Shown here piece after piece: positions 29,928 to 38,646 of a stretch of DNA of 64,000 nucleotides. The position numbers and the translations under genes are program-made. The DNA is from an uncultured Mollicutes bacterium (GTDB lineage: Bacteria > Bacillota_I > Bacilli_A > RFN20 > CAG-288): assembly GCA_900539865.1 (NCBI GenBank), contig UQDS01000003.1, positions 10,477 through 74,476 of the forward strand, written 5' to 3'. The notes under the pieces were generated by a model. That model saw only the letters and a program-made list of their open reading frames with translations, was not told the origin of the DNA and did not search any database. Numbering within the stretch: position 1 is the stretch's first letter; each line of letters starts with the position of its first letter.

Positions 29928-31610
29928 ATGAAAGCGTACAAATTACTTTTGTTGCTTCCGCTCTTGTTGGCTTCTTGTGGGACAACAGATACTTCCGGAT
30001 CCATCTCTGATTCTTCCGGAAGCAATGATACCCCCACCGCTCCAGAAACCTCTACACTTCCCGAAAATGCTTTTGTCAACGAAAAGGTCGAGTACAAAAT
30101 CAGCGATGACAACTATCGTAACTTCTATGAAATATTTGTCTCTTCCTTTGCAGATAGCAACGGAGATGGCATCGGTGATCTTAACGGAATCACCACGAAG
30201 CTCGATTATCTTCACGACTTAGGCTACACCGGAATTTGGCTGACTCCGATCTTTGATTCCCCTACTTATCACAAATATGATGCGAAAGATTATTTCAAAA
30301 TCGATCCGACCTTCGGAACGATGGATGATCTTAAAAATCTCGTTTCCAAAGCTCACAGCTTAGACATCAAAGTCATCTTAGATGGCGTGTTCAATCACTC
30401 CTCGAATACCAATCGTTGGTTTGAAAAAGCGTTGCTTGCTCACTCCAAAAAATTAGAGGGAAAACCGCTCGACGAAGAAGAAAAGAACTTCGAAAACCTC
30501 TATCGTTTCTTCGATACTCAGCAAGAAGCAGACGCTTCTTATTGCAGATACTCTCGCGCTGGTGGTAACGATTTCTTCTATGAATGTAATTTTGACAATG
30601 GTATGCCGGAATTCAACTTTGATTCCGAATACACTTATACATTAATTGAAAGCATCATCGACTTCTACATGTCTCCTGAAATCGATATCGATGGTTTCCG
30701 TCTAGATGCTGTGAAGTATTTCAAGCTGAACAACGTGGAAGAAAATGTCAAAATCTTATCTCGAATCAACAAAATGGTGAAAGATAATGATCCAAATGGC
30801 TATGTCATTGGCGAATGCTATGACAGTTCTCCCGTCATCAAGAATTACTATAAGAGTGATGTCGATTCTTATTTCTGGTTTCCGGCCACTTATGACAGCG
30901 GTATGTTCCGTACTGCTATGACCGATTATAACGGCGGAAATAAAGGTTATTACTATCGTGGTCTTGTCGAGATGGAAAACGCAAGCGGAGATCATATCCC
31001 TGCTCCTTTCTTAGATAATCACGACATGTCTCGTCTTTCCATGACAAACGACCCTTATGAAGTGACAAAGTTCCGTCTTGGCATGCTTGCCACCTTAAAA
31101 GGAACTACATTCCATTACTATGGTGATGAAATCGGTATGTCTTCTATCGTCGGTCATGGTGATGCAAACTATAGAACCCATTATTATTGGGATGATGAAA
31201 CTCACGAAATGGAAACAAATGATGCACCCGGAGCTTCTCCGCAAGTGCAAAATCATCCGGGCGCAAAACAACAGCTCGCAGATGAGAATTCGATATTGAA
31301 TTACACAAAGAAAGTCAATCACTTACGTCTTGCTTATCCTTTCATCGCACGCGGTGAAACTGTCTTGCCAGATGAAAGCGATGATAACCTCAACAATAAG
31401 GCTAGCCAAGGATTGATGATTGTGAAAAAGAAATATCAGCAAAAAAATTATAAGATTGTCTTAAATTTCGCTGCGAAAAAAGAACACACCTACGATGTTG
31501 GAAACTACACTCCCAAAGCTGTCGTAACGCTCAGAAACGATCAATATGCAATCTACAAAGATTCTCTTCTGACTTTACCGGCATACTCTATCGCCGTCTT
31601 AGAAGAATGA
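29928..31610 (+). CDS. GH13 alpha-amylase/neopullulanase-like lipoprotein
   Basis: I place the start at ATG 29928 (MKAYKLLLLLPLLLASC, lipobox). GH13 regions are VILDGVFNHSS, GFRLDAVKY, IGECY and FLDNHDMSR. A Ser/Thr-rich linker follows the lipobox Cys. Confidence 0.88.
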   Translation: MKAYKLLLLLPLLLASCGTTDTSGSISDSSGSNDTPTAPETSTLPENAFVNEKVEYKISDDNYRNFYEIFVSSFADSNGDGIGDLNGITTKLDYLHDLGYTGIWLTPIFDSPTYHKYDAKDYFKIDPTFGTMDDLKNLVSKAHSLDIKVILDGVFNHSSNTNRWFEKALLAHSKKLEGKPLDEEEKNFENLYRFFDTQQEADASYCRYSRAGGNDFFYECNFDNGMPEFNFDSEYTYTLIESIIDFYMSPEIDIDGFRLDAVKYFKLNNVEENVKILSRINKMVKDNDPNGYVIGECYDSSPVIKNYYKSDVDSYFWFPATYDSGMFRTAMTDYNGGNKGYYYRGLVEMENASGDHIPAPFLDNHDMSRLSMTNDPYEVTKFRLGMLATLKGTTFHYYGDEIGMSSIVGHGDANYRTHYYWDDETHEMETNDAPGASPQVQNHPGAKQQLADENSILNYTKKVNHLRLAYPFIARGETVLPDESDDNLNNKASQGLMIVKKKYQQKNYKIVLNFAAKKEHTYDVGNYTPKAVVTLRNDQYAIYKDSLLTLPAYSIAVLEE

Positions 31611-31628
31611 CAAAGGAGATTAATCAAA

Positions 31629-34184
31629 ATGGCTAATCTAAAACTTGAACATATTTACAAAGTCTACCCTAATGGAACAAAAGCCGTCAATGACTTTTCA
31701 TTAGATATCAAAAACGGTGAATTTATCGTCTTCGTCGGTCCTTCCGGCTGCGGTAAGTCCACAACATTACGTATGATTGCCGGTTTGGAAGAAATCACCG
31801 CCGGCGAACTCTATATCGATTCGACTATTGTCAATGATATGGAACCTAAGGATAGAGATATCGCAATGGTTTTCCAAAACTATGCGCTTTATCCGCACAT
31901 GACCGTTTATGAAAACATGGCATTCGGTCTCCGTTTACGCCATGTTCCTAACGATGTCATCCAAGAAAAAGTTCTCTGGGCCGCTGATATTTTAGACATC
32001 CGTGATTATCTCGACAGAAAGCCGAGAAATATGTCCGGTGGTCAAAGACAGCGTGTCTCTTTAGGTAGAGCGATTTTACGTGACCCTAAGGTCATGCTTT
32101 TAGACGAACCTCTCTCTAACCTCGACGCCAAATTGAGAGCGTCCATGAGAACGGAGATCGCCAAGCTTCACCAAAAGCTTAAAACTACTTTCATTTATGT
32201 CACTCACGACCAGACCGAAGCTATGACTTTGGGTGATCGTGTCGTCGTTATGAAAGCTGGTAGAATTCAGCAGGTCGACACTCCTAAGAACCTTTATAAC
32301 TTCCCTGGCAATAAATTCGTCGCCGGCTTTATCGGCACTCCTCAGATGAACTTCTTCGACTGCTCTTTAAAGAGAGATGGCGAAAAAGTCACCATCCACA
32401 TCGATATCAACAACACCGATATTGTCATCGATTACAATTACCTCATCAAGGTTTTACCTCAATTCTTAGATGGTAACCATCCGCTTACTTTAGGTGTCCG
32501 TTGCGAACACGTTCTCCTCGCGGACGAGAATGAAGCGAATACTATTCCTGTTAAGATTTCGCACTTCGAAGAACTCGGTTCTGAATGTCTCATCTACGGA
32601 AATATCACAAATGATGAAAAGGTCTCTTCTTCAGAAGGTCAGATCATCATCCGTGTGAAAGATGTCGACAATCTCTCAGTCGATCAGACCATCTTTGTCA
32701 AACTCGATTTGAATCACATCTATTTCTTCGATAAAGAAACTGAAAAGACCATCACTCCAAGAGTCCCTGAATATAACTCTTTAAACGCTTTTGTCAAAGA
32801 CAACAAGATCAACGTACTTGGACATGACTTTGTTCTTCCGAACGTTCTCCATGTTGCTGATGTCGATGGTTGCGAATTACACGTTCCTGTCAACGCCTTT
32901 ACCTTAGGTGTCGAAGATGGCATCGAAGCAAAAGTCATTGAAATTGAAGAAATCAATGATACAAAGCTCATTCACCTCTTTGCTCACAACCGCGTTTTCT
33001 TCCTTCAGGAAAAGGCAGATGTCTCTGTCGGAGACGTGGTCAAAGTCGGTTTAGACTTCACTCGTTTAACCCTCGTTGATCAAAACAAAGAAGTGATCTT
33101 CTCCCCGATTACTGAAAGAGATTGCTTTGACAGCACCTTCCTCAACTATGAAACTGTTATGGCAAGTAACCCTAACCCAGAGTTTGAAGCTTACAAGCAA
33201 GCGAAGATTGAAGAAGCTTCCAAAACAGCGGATGCTTTAATCGCAGCGGAACAAGCTCGTTTTGATGCTGAAATTGAAAACTTATCCACTGTTGATGTAA
33301 AAGCAGAATTCGAGAAGAAAGCCGCTGAATTCGAAGCTTTAGATAAAGAAGCAATCGAAAAGATTTACGCTTTGAGAGAACAAACTGCAGCAGAAAAGAA
33401 AGAACTCTCTGAAAACTTCAAGAAGGCAAAGAAAGAAGAAAAAGAGAAAAACGACGCTCTCTTTGCTGAAAAGAAGAGAAAAGAAATCGAAGATTTCAAA
33501 CGTTTCAAAGAGAACAACAAAGACAAAGTTGCTCTCAAGAGACGTACCGATGAATATCATATTTTCAAAGATAACTTTGCCACAGAAAAAGAGAATACAT
33601 TAAATCTCATCGTCAACGGCATGACAATGGAATATGAATCCAAGAGTTCTGCTCTCACCGCCGCTTGCAGAAGATCTGTTGATCTTCTCAAGAAAGAAAT
33701 GCAGGAAAGAAGAAAGACATTAAAGCATCTCCAGAATCCCAAAGCATTCCTTGAAAAGGAACACGTCAAGAAAGTAAAAGAATTGTTACTCAAGAAGAAA
33801 GAAGCAGTTAAATTTGCCAGTTTCATCTTCTTCTTTAAGTTACCCGGTTCTTATTATCCTTTGGCTGCCGAACTCATTGCAAACAAGCTCATCCAAGGTT
33901 TAGGAACTCGTGTCTTTACCAAGAACTTCTACATCGAAATGCCTCATGATGGATATGAAATTGTCGAGGAAGACAACAATTGCTTCCACGCGGTTGTCGA
34001 AGAAAATCTCGATTATGGAAACATCTACTTCATCCGTCTTTCTTACACCGGCGTCAATGGTGAGAAGTTATACTTCTATCTCAAGAACGATAAACCGTTT
34101 GAAATCGGAACAAAACTTAATCTTAAGTTTGATATTACAAAGTCTCAAATCACAGAAACTGATATGAATATCAGACTTTATTAA
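31629..34184 (+). CDS. msmK: MsmK/MalK-type sugar ABC ATPase with a ~470-aa C-terminal extension
   Basis: Walker A GPSGCGKST, signature MSGGQRQRV and Walker B LLDEPLSNLD. A normal TOBE-like regulatory region ends near aa 380. After that come a second TOBE-like segment, a ~200-aa K/E-rich predicted coiled coil and a third TOBE-like C-terminus. Total 851 aa. Confidence 0.85.
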   Translation: MANLKLEHIYKVYPNGTKAVNDFSLDIKNGEFIVFVGPSGCGKSTTLRMIAGLEEITAGELYIDSTIVNDMEPKDRDIAMVFQNYALYPHMTVYENMAFGLRLRHVPNDVIQEKVLWAADILDIRDYLDRKPRNMSGGQRQRVSLGRAILRDPKVMLLDEPLSNLDAKLRASMRTEIAKLHQKLKTTFIYVTHDQTEAMTLGDRVVVMKAGRIQQVDTPKNLYNFPGNKFVAGFIGTPQMNFFDCSLKRDGEKVTIHIDINNTDIVIDYNYLIKVLPQFLDGNHPLTLGVRCEHVLLADENEANTIPVKISHFEELGSECLIYGNITNDEKVSSSEGQIIIRVKDVDNLSVDQTIFVKLDLNHIYFFDKETEKTITPRVPEYNSLNAFVKDNKINVLGHDFVLPNVLHVADVDGCELHVPVNAFTLGVEDGIEAKVIEIEEINDTKLIHLFAHNRVFFLQEKADVSVGDVVKVGLDFTRLTLVDQNKEVIFSPITERDCFDSTFLNYETVMASNPNPEFEAYKQAKIEEASKTADALIAAEQARFDAEIENLSTVDVKAEFEKKAAEFEALDKEAIEKIYALREQTAAEKKELSENFKKAKKEEKEKNDALFAEKKRKEIEDFKRFKENNKDKVALKRRTDEYHIFKDNFATEKENTLNLIVNGMTMEYESKSSALTAACRRSVDLLKKEMQERRKTLKHLQNPKAFLEKEHVKKVKELLLKKKEAVKFASFIFFFKLPGSYYPLAAELIANKLIQGLGTRVFTKNFYIEMPHDGYEIVEEDNNCFHAVVEENLDYGNIYFIRLSYTGVNGEKLYFYLKNDKPFEIGTKLNLKFDITKSQITETDMNIRLY

Positions 34185-34195
34185 GGAGGTAACCT

Positions 34196-34870
34196 ATGAA
34201 AAAACGTCTTTCATTATGGTTATTCCCCTTTGTACTATTGGCTTCTTGCTCCTCTTATGATCCCACCATTTTCATCAACGGGGTAAAAGAAGTTGTTTCC
34301 ACATTTGAAACTCCGACTGAAACCACCTACACCGTTGTCCCCAAAGGCCACGTCGTCAAATTCAACGAGTTCTACAATTGGGAAGATAACTCCTTTGATG
34401 TTCCCTCTGGAGAAGTTAAAAAAGAAGTCGACGAGAATGGTAATGAAGTCACAACCGAAATCGATCTCGGTGAATCCTATGCTTCCAGTCTCCCTATTCG
34501 ACTCAACTTGCAAAACTTCTATCCCGAAGATGATACAAAGGAAACGCCAACAGAATATGCCTATGGTATCTTCAGCTATGTCTTAGGATATAATGCGGAT
34601 CACATCCACTTCATGGATTACAAGACTGAAGATGGAAACCTTGTGTTATTCATTAAAAATGTTTCTAAACCATTATCTATGAATAACGTCATTGTTCCTA
34701 ACGGCCCCTCTAAACCAAAGCCGGTCAAAGTATATGCTCGTTTCAATATCACTGCGACCTACAACAGCAAAGGTCTTCTCATTCAAGAAGATATCAAGAC
34801 TGTCAACTACAAAACCGATCCCGCCGAGAGAACTGTCGATTATGTAGTCGATTACACTTATCATGCATAA
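34196..34870 (+). CDS. Lipoprotein of unknown function
   Basis: 224 aa with signal peptide and lipobox VLLASC-SS. RBS AAGGAGG. Lies 11 nt after msmK. Confidence 0.6.
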   Translation: MKKRLSLWLFPFVLLASCSSYDPTIFINGVKEVVSTFETPTETTYTVVPKGHVVKFNEFYNWEDNSFDVPSGEVKKEVDENGNEVTTEIDLGESYASSLPIRLNLQNFYPEDDTKETPTEYAYGIFSYVLGYNADHIHFMDYKTEDGNLVLFIKNVSKPLSMNNVIVPNGPSKPKPVKVYARFNITATYNSKGLLIQEDIKTVNYKTDPAERTVDYVVDYTYHA

Positions 34871-35630
34871 ATACAAATCACTTCTTTTACTACTCCCTAT
34901 TCTTTTTTCAGCATCTTGCAGCAAAATCCAAGTCCCAGATAACATCTCTCAGTTCCTGTTCCCCATCAAATTCGAAGAAACAGAAAGAACAACCAAAGAG
35001 ATCAAAGTCAACAACAAGACAATTATCTATGGAAAAGATAACAAAGAAACTGGAAAGGCCGAATATACTATTCTTGCCTCTCGCGGTCAACAAGAAGACT
35101 ATCAGTATACAAAAATTGAAAACTTTTCCGGAAATCAATGTGTCTATGACCAATCCTCTTCTCTATATCTTGCAAAAAAAGAGAGCACACTCACCTATGA
35201 TGCAACAAAACAATGCTATATCTTGACCATCCTTTCCACTGGATTTGTTGATGAAGAACAAAAGAAAGAAGAAACCAAAAGCACTCAAATCAATTACACG
35301 GAAGTTGATTTCCGCGAGCAGATTGATATGAAGCTTTTCTACTCTACTGAAGTTGAAGAGTATAAATTAGGCGGATTATACTATGCGGATTTCTTCAGAC
35401 GAAACCTCAACGCAGTAAAGTACTTTTCCATCCAAGAAGATCAATTCGTTTATAGTGTCATTAATAAACCTTATAAACAAGGTTCTCAAAAGGCGCTCAT
35501 TTCCGAAACGATTAAAATGAATCATTCCGGATTACTTGACTCGCTTTATGTAAAAGTCGTCAACCAAGACACTGGCGACTACAGCATCGGCGAGATGAAC
35601 GCACTCTATAACGAAAATATCCATTCATAA
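34863..35630 (+). CDS. Lipoprotein of unknown function
   Basis: 255 aa with the lipobox LFSASC-SK. Overlaps the previous gene by 8 nt. Confidence 0.6.
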   Translation: MHKYKSLLLLLPILFSASCSKIQVPDNISQFLFPIKFEETERTTKEIKVNNKTIIYGKDNKETGKAEYTILASRGQQEDYQYTKIENFSGNQCVYDQSSSLYLAKKESTLTYDATKQCYILTILSTGFVDEEQKKEETKSTQINYTEVDFREQIDMKLFYSTEVEEYKLGGLYYADFFRRNLNAVKYFSIQEDQFVYSVINKPYKQGSQKALISETIKMNHSGLLDSLYVKVVNQDTGDYSIGEMNALYNENIHS

Positions 35631-35636
35631 TTTAAT

Positions 35637-35687
35637 AGAGGTGTTTGATTTCGTTCCCCCTGACGAAATCAAAACACCTCTTTTTTC
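35637..35687 (+). terminator. Strong rho-independent terminator ending the maltodextrin locus
   Basis: An 18-19-bp stem, AGAGGTGTTTGATTTCGT-tccccctg-ACGAAATCAAAACACCTCT, is followed by TTTTTT. Confidence 0.85.
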
Positions 35688-35812
35688 TATTGTTGATGAT
35701 AATTGATTCGCTTGCTATAATACAAATAACATTACATAACAATCACCGGAAAATGAGAACCTCCTTATTCGTGTATAAACAAAATAAGATACATATATAC
35801 CGGAGGTTTTTT

Positions 35813-36649
35813 ATGAATTACTTTGATAAAAATCAGCGATTCTTAGACTTTATCGATATGATCAACCGCTGTTTTATTGCACTCAGCAATTTGATATACG
35901 CTTATCCAGAAGAAGAAATTTCTACAGTTTCTTCCTTGTCTCTTTGTGATATTGTCGGCCCTTTTCATTATCTATGCAGCGAAGCTTTAGATATTGTAGA
36001 TTATGGAAAAGAAAATAAAATATCGACTCAGGATCTGCTTTCTCTTTATCAGATATTATGTCATCTTTATGATTATTTCTTACCCACACTATTCTTTTTC
36101 ATCGACGAAAGTAAGTTTAAAAATGAGGAAAAACTGTTGAAAACTTATAGACAAATTTTAATAAATTTAGAAGATGGAAATAAGATAAATTATGTTTTCT
36201 ATGAAAAGAATAGAGAATTTATCAACGAATTTTTAAAAGAAATATTTCCTTATGACTTCCTTCTAAGTCGCCATTTGAATTTCTTGTTTCATCTTGATCA
36301 AATCAAAGAAAAACTAGAATTTCATCATCAAAGCATTGCAGAAAACTCTCTCTCTTTTGATCTCGTTGTCCGTTATCTTATCGATGATTTTTCTAACTCA
36401 TTCATCGCTTTCTTATGCACTCTCCCTTTATTAAACCCTCCCCTTTTTCAAAAAAAGGAAGAGCAGTCCTTAAAATTTTTTTACGACAATAAAGAAGGGA
36501 CACAAGATCACTATCTTTCCTATGTTACGATTATCCTAGAAACCATGCAAAAATATTACCCGACTATGTATTGTGATTATATTTACTGTTATCCAAAAGA
36601 AATAAAAGAATTCCTTCCTTCTCTAAAACAAAGTAAAAGGCTGTTATAA
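35813..36649 (+). CDS. Hypothetical cytoplasmic helical protein
   Basis: I place the start at ATG 35813, with the RBS GGAGG 7 nt upstream. 278 aa. No recognisable motif. Confidence 0.5.
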   Translation: MNYFDKNQRFLDFIDMINRCFIALSNLIYAYPEEEISTVSSLSLCDIVGPFHYLCSEALDIVDYGKENKISTQDLLSLYQILCHLYDYFLPTLFFFIDESKFKNEEKLLKTYRQILINLEDGNKINYVFYEKNREFINEFLKEIFPYDFLLSRHLNFLFHLDQIKEKLEFHHQSIAENSLSFDLVVRYLIDDFSNSFIAFLCTLPLLNPPLFQKKEEQSLKFFYDNKEGTQDHYLSYVTIILETMQKYYPTMYCDYIYCYPKEIKEFLPSLKQSKRLL

Positions 36650-36668
36650 ATTTAACAGCCTTTCTTTT
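36636..36668. terminator. Bidirectional terminator between the hypothetical gene and uvrB
   Basis: AAAGGCTGTTA-taaatt-TAACAGCCTTT, flanked by A/T runs. Confidence 0.65.
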
Positions 36669-38646
36669 ATAGTTTTGCTTTTAACTCTAAAATTTGATCA
36701 CGTAAACTCGCCGCCGTTTCAAAATCCAAACTTTTGGCAGCTTTATTCATCTCCGTAGTTAAAGACTTAATCAACATCTCCATTTGCTTTCGAGTGAGCT
36801 TAGCATCTGGATTATCTTTGCGTTTCTTATCGTCGATCATCTTGATTGGTTCTTGAATTGCTTTCATGATCGTCTTTGGAACGATACCGTGTTCTTTATT
36901 ATAATTCTCTTGAATCTGACGTCGACGTTTTGTTTCTCGAATAGTGATTTCCATCGCATCTGATATGCGGTCACAATACATGATGACTTTACCATTTGCA
37001 TTTCTGGCTGCGCGTCCTGCAATCTGTGTTAAAGATCGCGCACTTCTTAAAAATCCTTCGCGATCCGCATCTAAGATAGCAACGAGAGAGACTTCCGGAA
37101 TATCAAGACCTTCTCTCAGCAAATTGATGCCGACTAAAACATCGTAAATACCTTTGCGCAATTTATAGATGATTTCAGAGCGCTGAAGTGTCAGTATTTC
37201 ATGTTGTAAATAAGCAACCTTCACATCGTGACTCTTAAAGAAGTCGGTTAAGTTTTCAGCGTCTTTCACTGTCAACGTAATCACCATCACTCTTTCATTT
37301 CGTTTCACTCTCTGCTTGATTTCTTCTAAGACATCATAAACAGGGTTGTTGCTGTTATATCGCACCTCAATAATCGGATCCAATAATCCAGTCGGTCGAA
37401 TGATTTGTTCCACAACTTGATGATTTACTTGGTTCAACTCATAATCACCTGGAGTTGCAGAAGTGCAGATGACATGGTTGATTTTCTTTTCGAATTCTTC
37501 AAATCGCAATGGTCTATTATCCAAAGCAGAAGGAAGACGAAAACCATATTCTACCAAGGTCTCTTTACGAGAACGATCTCCTGAATACATACCGCCGATT
37601 TGAGGAATGGTGACATGGCTTTCATCAATAAACAAAAGGAAATCCTCAGGAAGGTAATCGAATAATGTGTATGGTGTCTCTCCCTCTTTTCTGCCGTCAA
37701 AATGACGTGCATAGTTTTCAATTCCGGCACACATACCAAACTCTTTTAAAGCATCGATATCATGTTCCGTACGCATTTTAAGACGTTCGCTTTCCAAGTA
37801 TTTTCCTTGGCTGTCATAATAAGCGAGACGCTCCACCATTTCTTGATGAATCGTCTTTAACGCTTTTTGAATACGAGCAGTACCCGAGGCGTGTTCATGC
37901 GCAGGGAAAAAGGGAAAATAATCTACCGTATGTAAAACTTCACCTGTGGTCGGTTTGACCATATCAATTTCAGAAATCTCATCAAAATCAGAATAAATTC
38001 GAATGAAATATTCATCGCCGTTAGGCGGATAGATATCCATGACATCACCGCGAATACGAAAACAACCCGGCCCTAGATCGATGTCATTTCTCTTATATTG
38101 AGCAGTGATCAATTTGCTGCTGATCAGCTTGATATCAAATGGTTCTCCCACATGAATTGTGAAAGCCAAATCACGATATTCGTCCGGATCAGAAAGACCA
38201 TATATCGAAGCGACAGAACAAACGACAATCGTATCTCTTCTCTCTAATAGAGAGTTGACCGCACTTGCTCTCATCATTTCAATTTCTTCATTCATCACCA
38301 CCTGTTTATCAATGTATGTATCTGTTTTGGGTAGATAAGCTTCTGGTTGATAAAAATCAAAATTAGAGATGAAATATTCAACTCTATTATGTGGAAACAA
38401 TTCTTTAAACTCTCCGTAAAGTTGAGCAGCTAATGTCTTGTTGTGAACCAAGACCATCGTCGTGCGTTGCGCCTGTTGAATAATATTGGCCATCGTAAAA
38501 GTTTTACCGGTACCTGTCGCACCTTGTAAAACCTGCCATCGCTTGTTCTCTTTGATTCCTTGAACTAATTGTGCAATCGCTTGTGGCTGGTCTCCCGTCG
38601 GAGTATTGTTGGAAACCAGTTCAAAGGGATGTGTATTATCACTCAT
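36667..38646 (-). CDS. uvrB: Excinuclease ABC subunit B
   Basis: 659 aa with GATGTGKTFTMAN, DESHVTIPQ, helicase motifs and a C-terminal UVR domain (FETAASLRDQILELK). Confidence 0.97.
   Translation of the reverse strand: MSDNTHPFELVSNNTPTGDQPQAIAQLVQGIKENKRWQVLQGATGTGKTFTMANIIQQAQRTTMVLVHNKTLAAQLYGEFKELFPHNRVEYFISNFDFYQPEAYLPKTDTYIDKQVVMNEEIEMMRASAVNSLLERRDTIVVCSVASIYGLSDPDEYRDLAFTIHVGEPFDIKLISSKLITAQYKRNDIDLGPGCFRIRGDVMDIYPPNGDEYFIRIYSDFDEISEIDMVKPTTGEVLHTVDYFPFFPAHEHASGTARIQKALKTIHQEMVERLAYYDSQGKYLESERLKMRTEHDIDALKEFGMCAGIENYARHFDGRKEGETPYTLFDYLPEDFLLFIDESHVTIPQIGGMYSGDRSRKETLVEYGFRLPSALDNRPLRFEEFEKKINHVICTSATPGDYELNQVNHQVVEQIIRPTGLLDPIIEVRYNSNNPVYDVLEEIKQRVKRNERVMVITLTVKDAENLTDFFKSHDVKVAYLQHEILTLQRSEIIYKLRKGIYDVLVGINLLREGLDIPEVSLVAILDADREGFLRSARSLTQIAGRAARNANGKVIMYCDRISDAMEITIRETKRRRQIQENYNKEHGIVPKTIMKAIQEPIKMIDDKKRKDNPDAKLTRKQMEMLIKSLTTEMNKAAKSLDFETAASLRDQILELKAKL

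Noticed and set aside
31608-31610. Possibility that the organism uses genetic code 4 (TGA = Trp), given the Mollicutes-like lipoprotein richness and low GC.
   Set aside because: TGA ends well-defined genes just before the next RBS and start (amylase at 31608-31610, S41 protease, sirtuin). Trp in conserved motifs is encoded by TGG. The standard code 11 fits all long ORFs.
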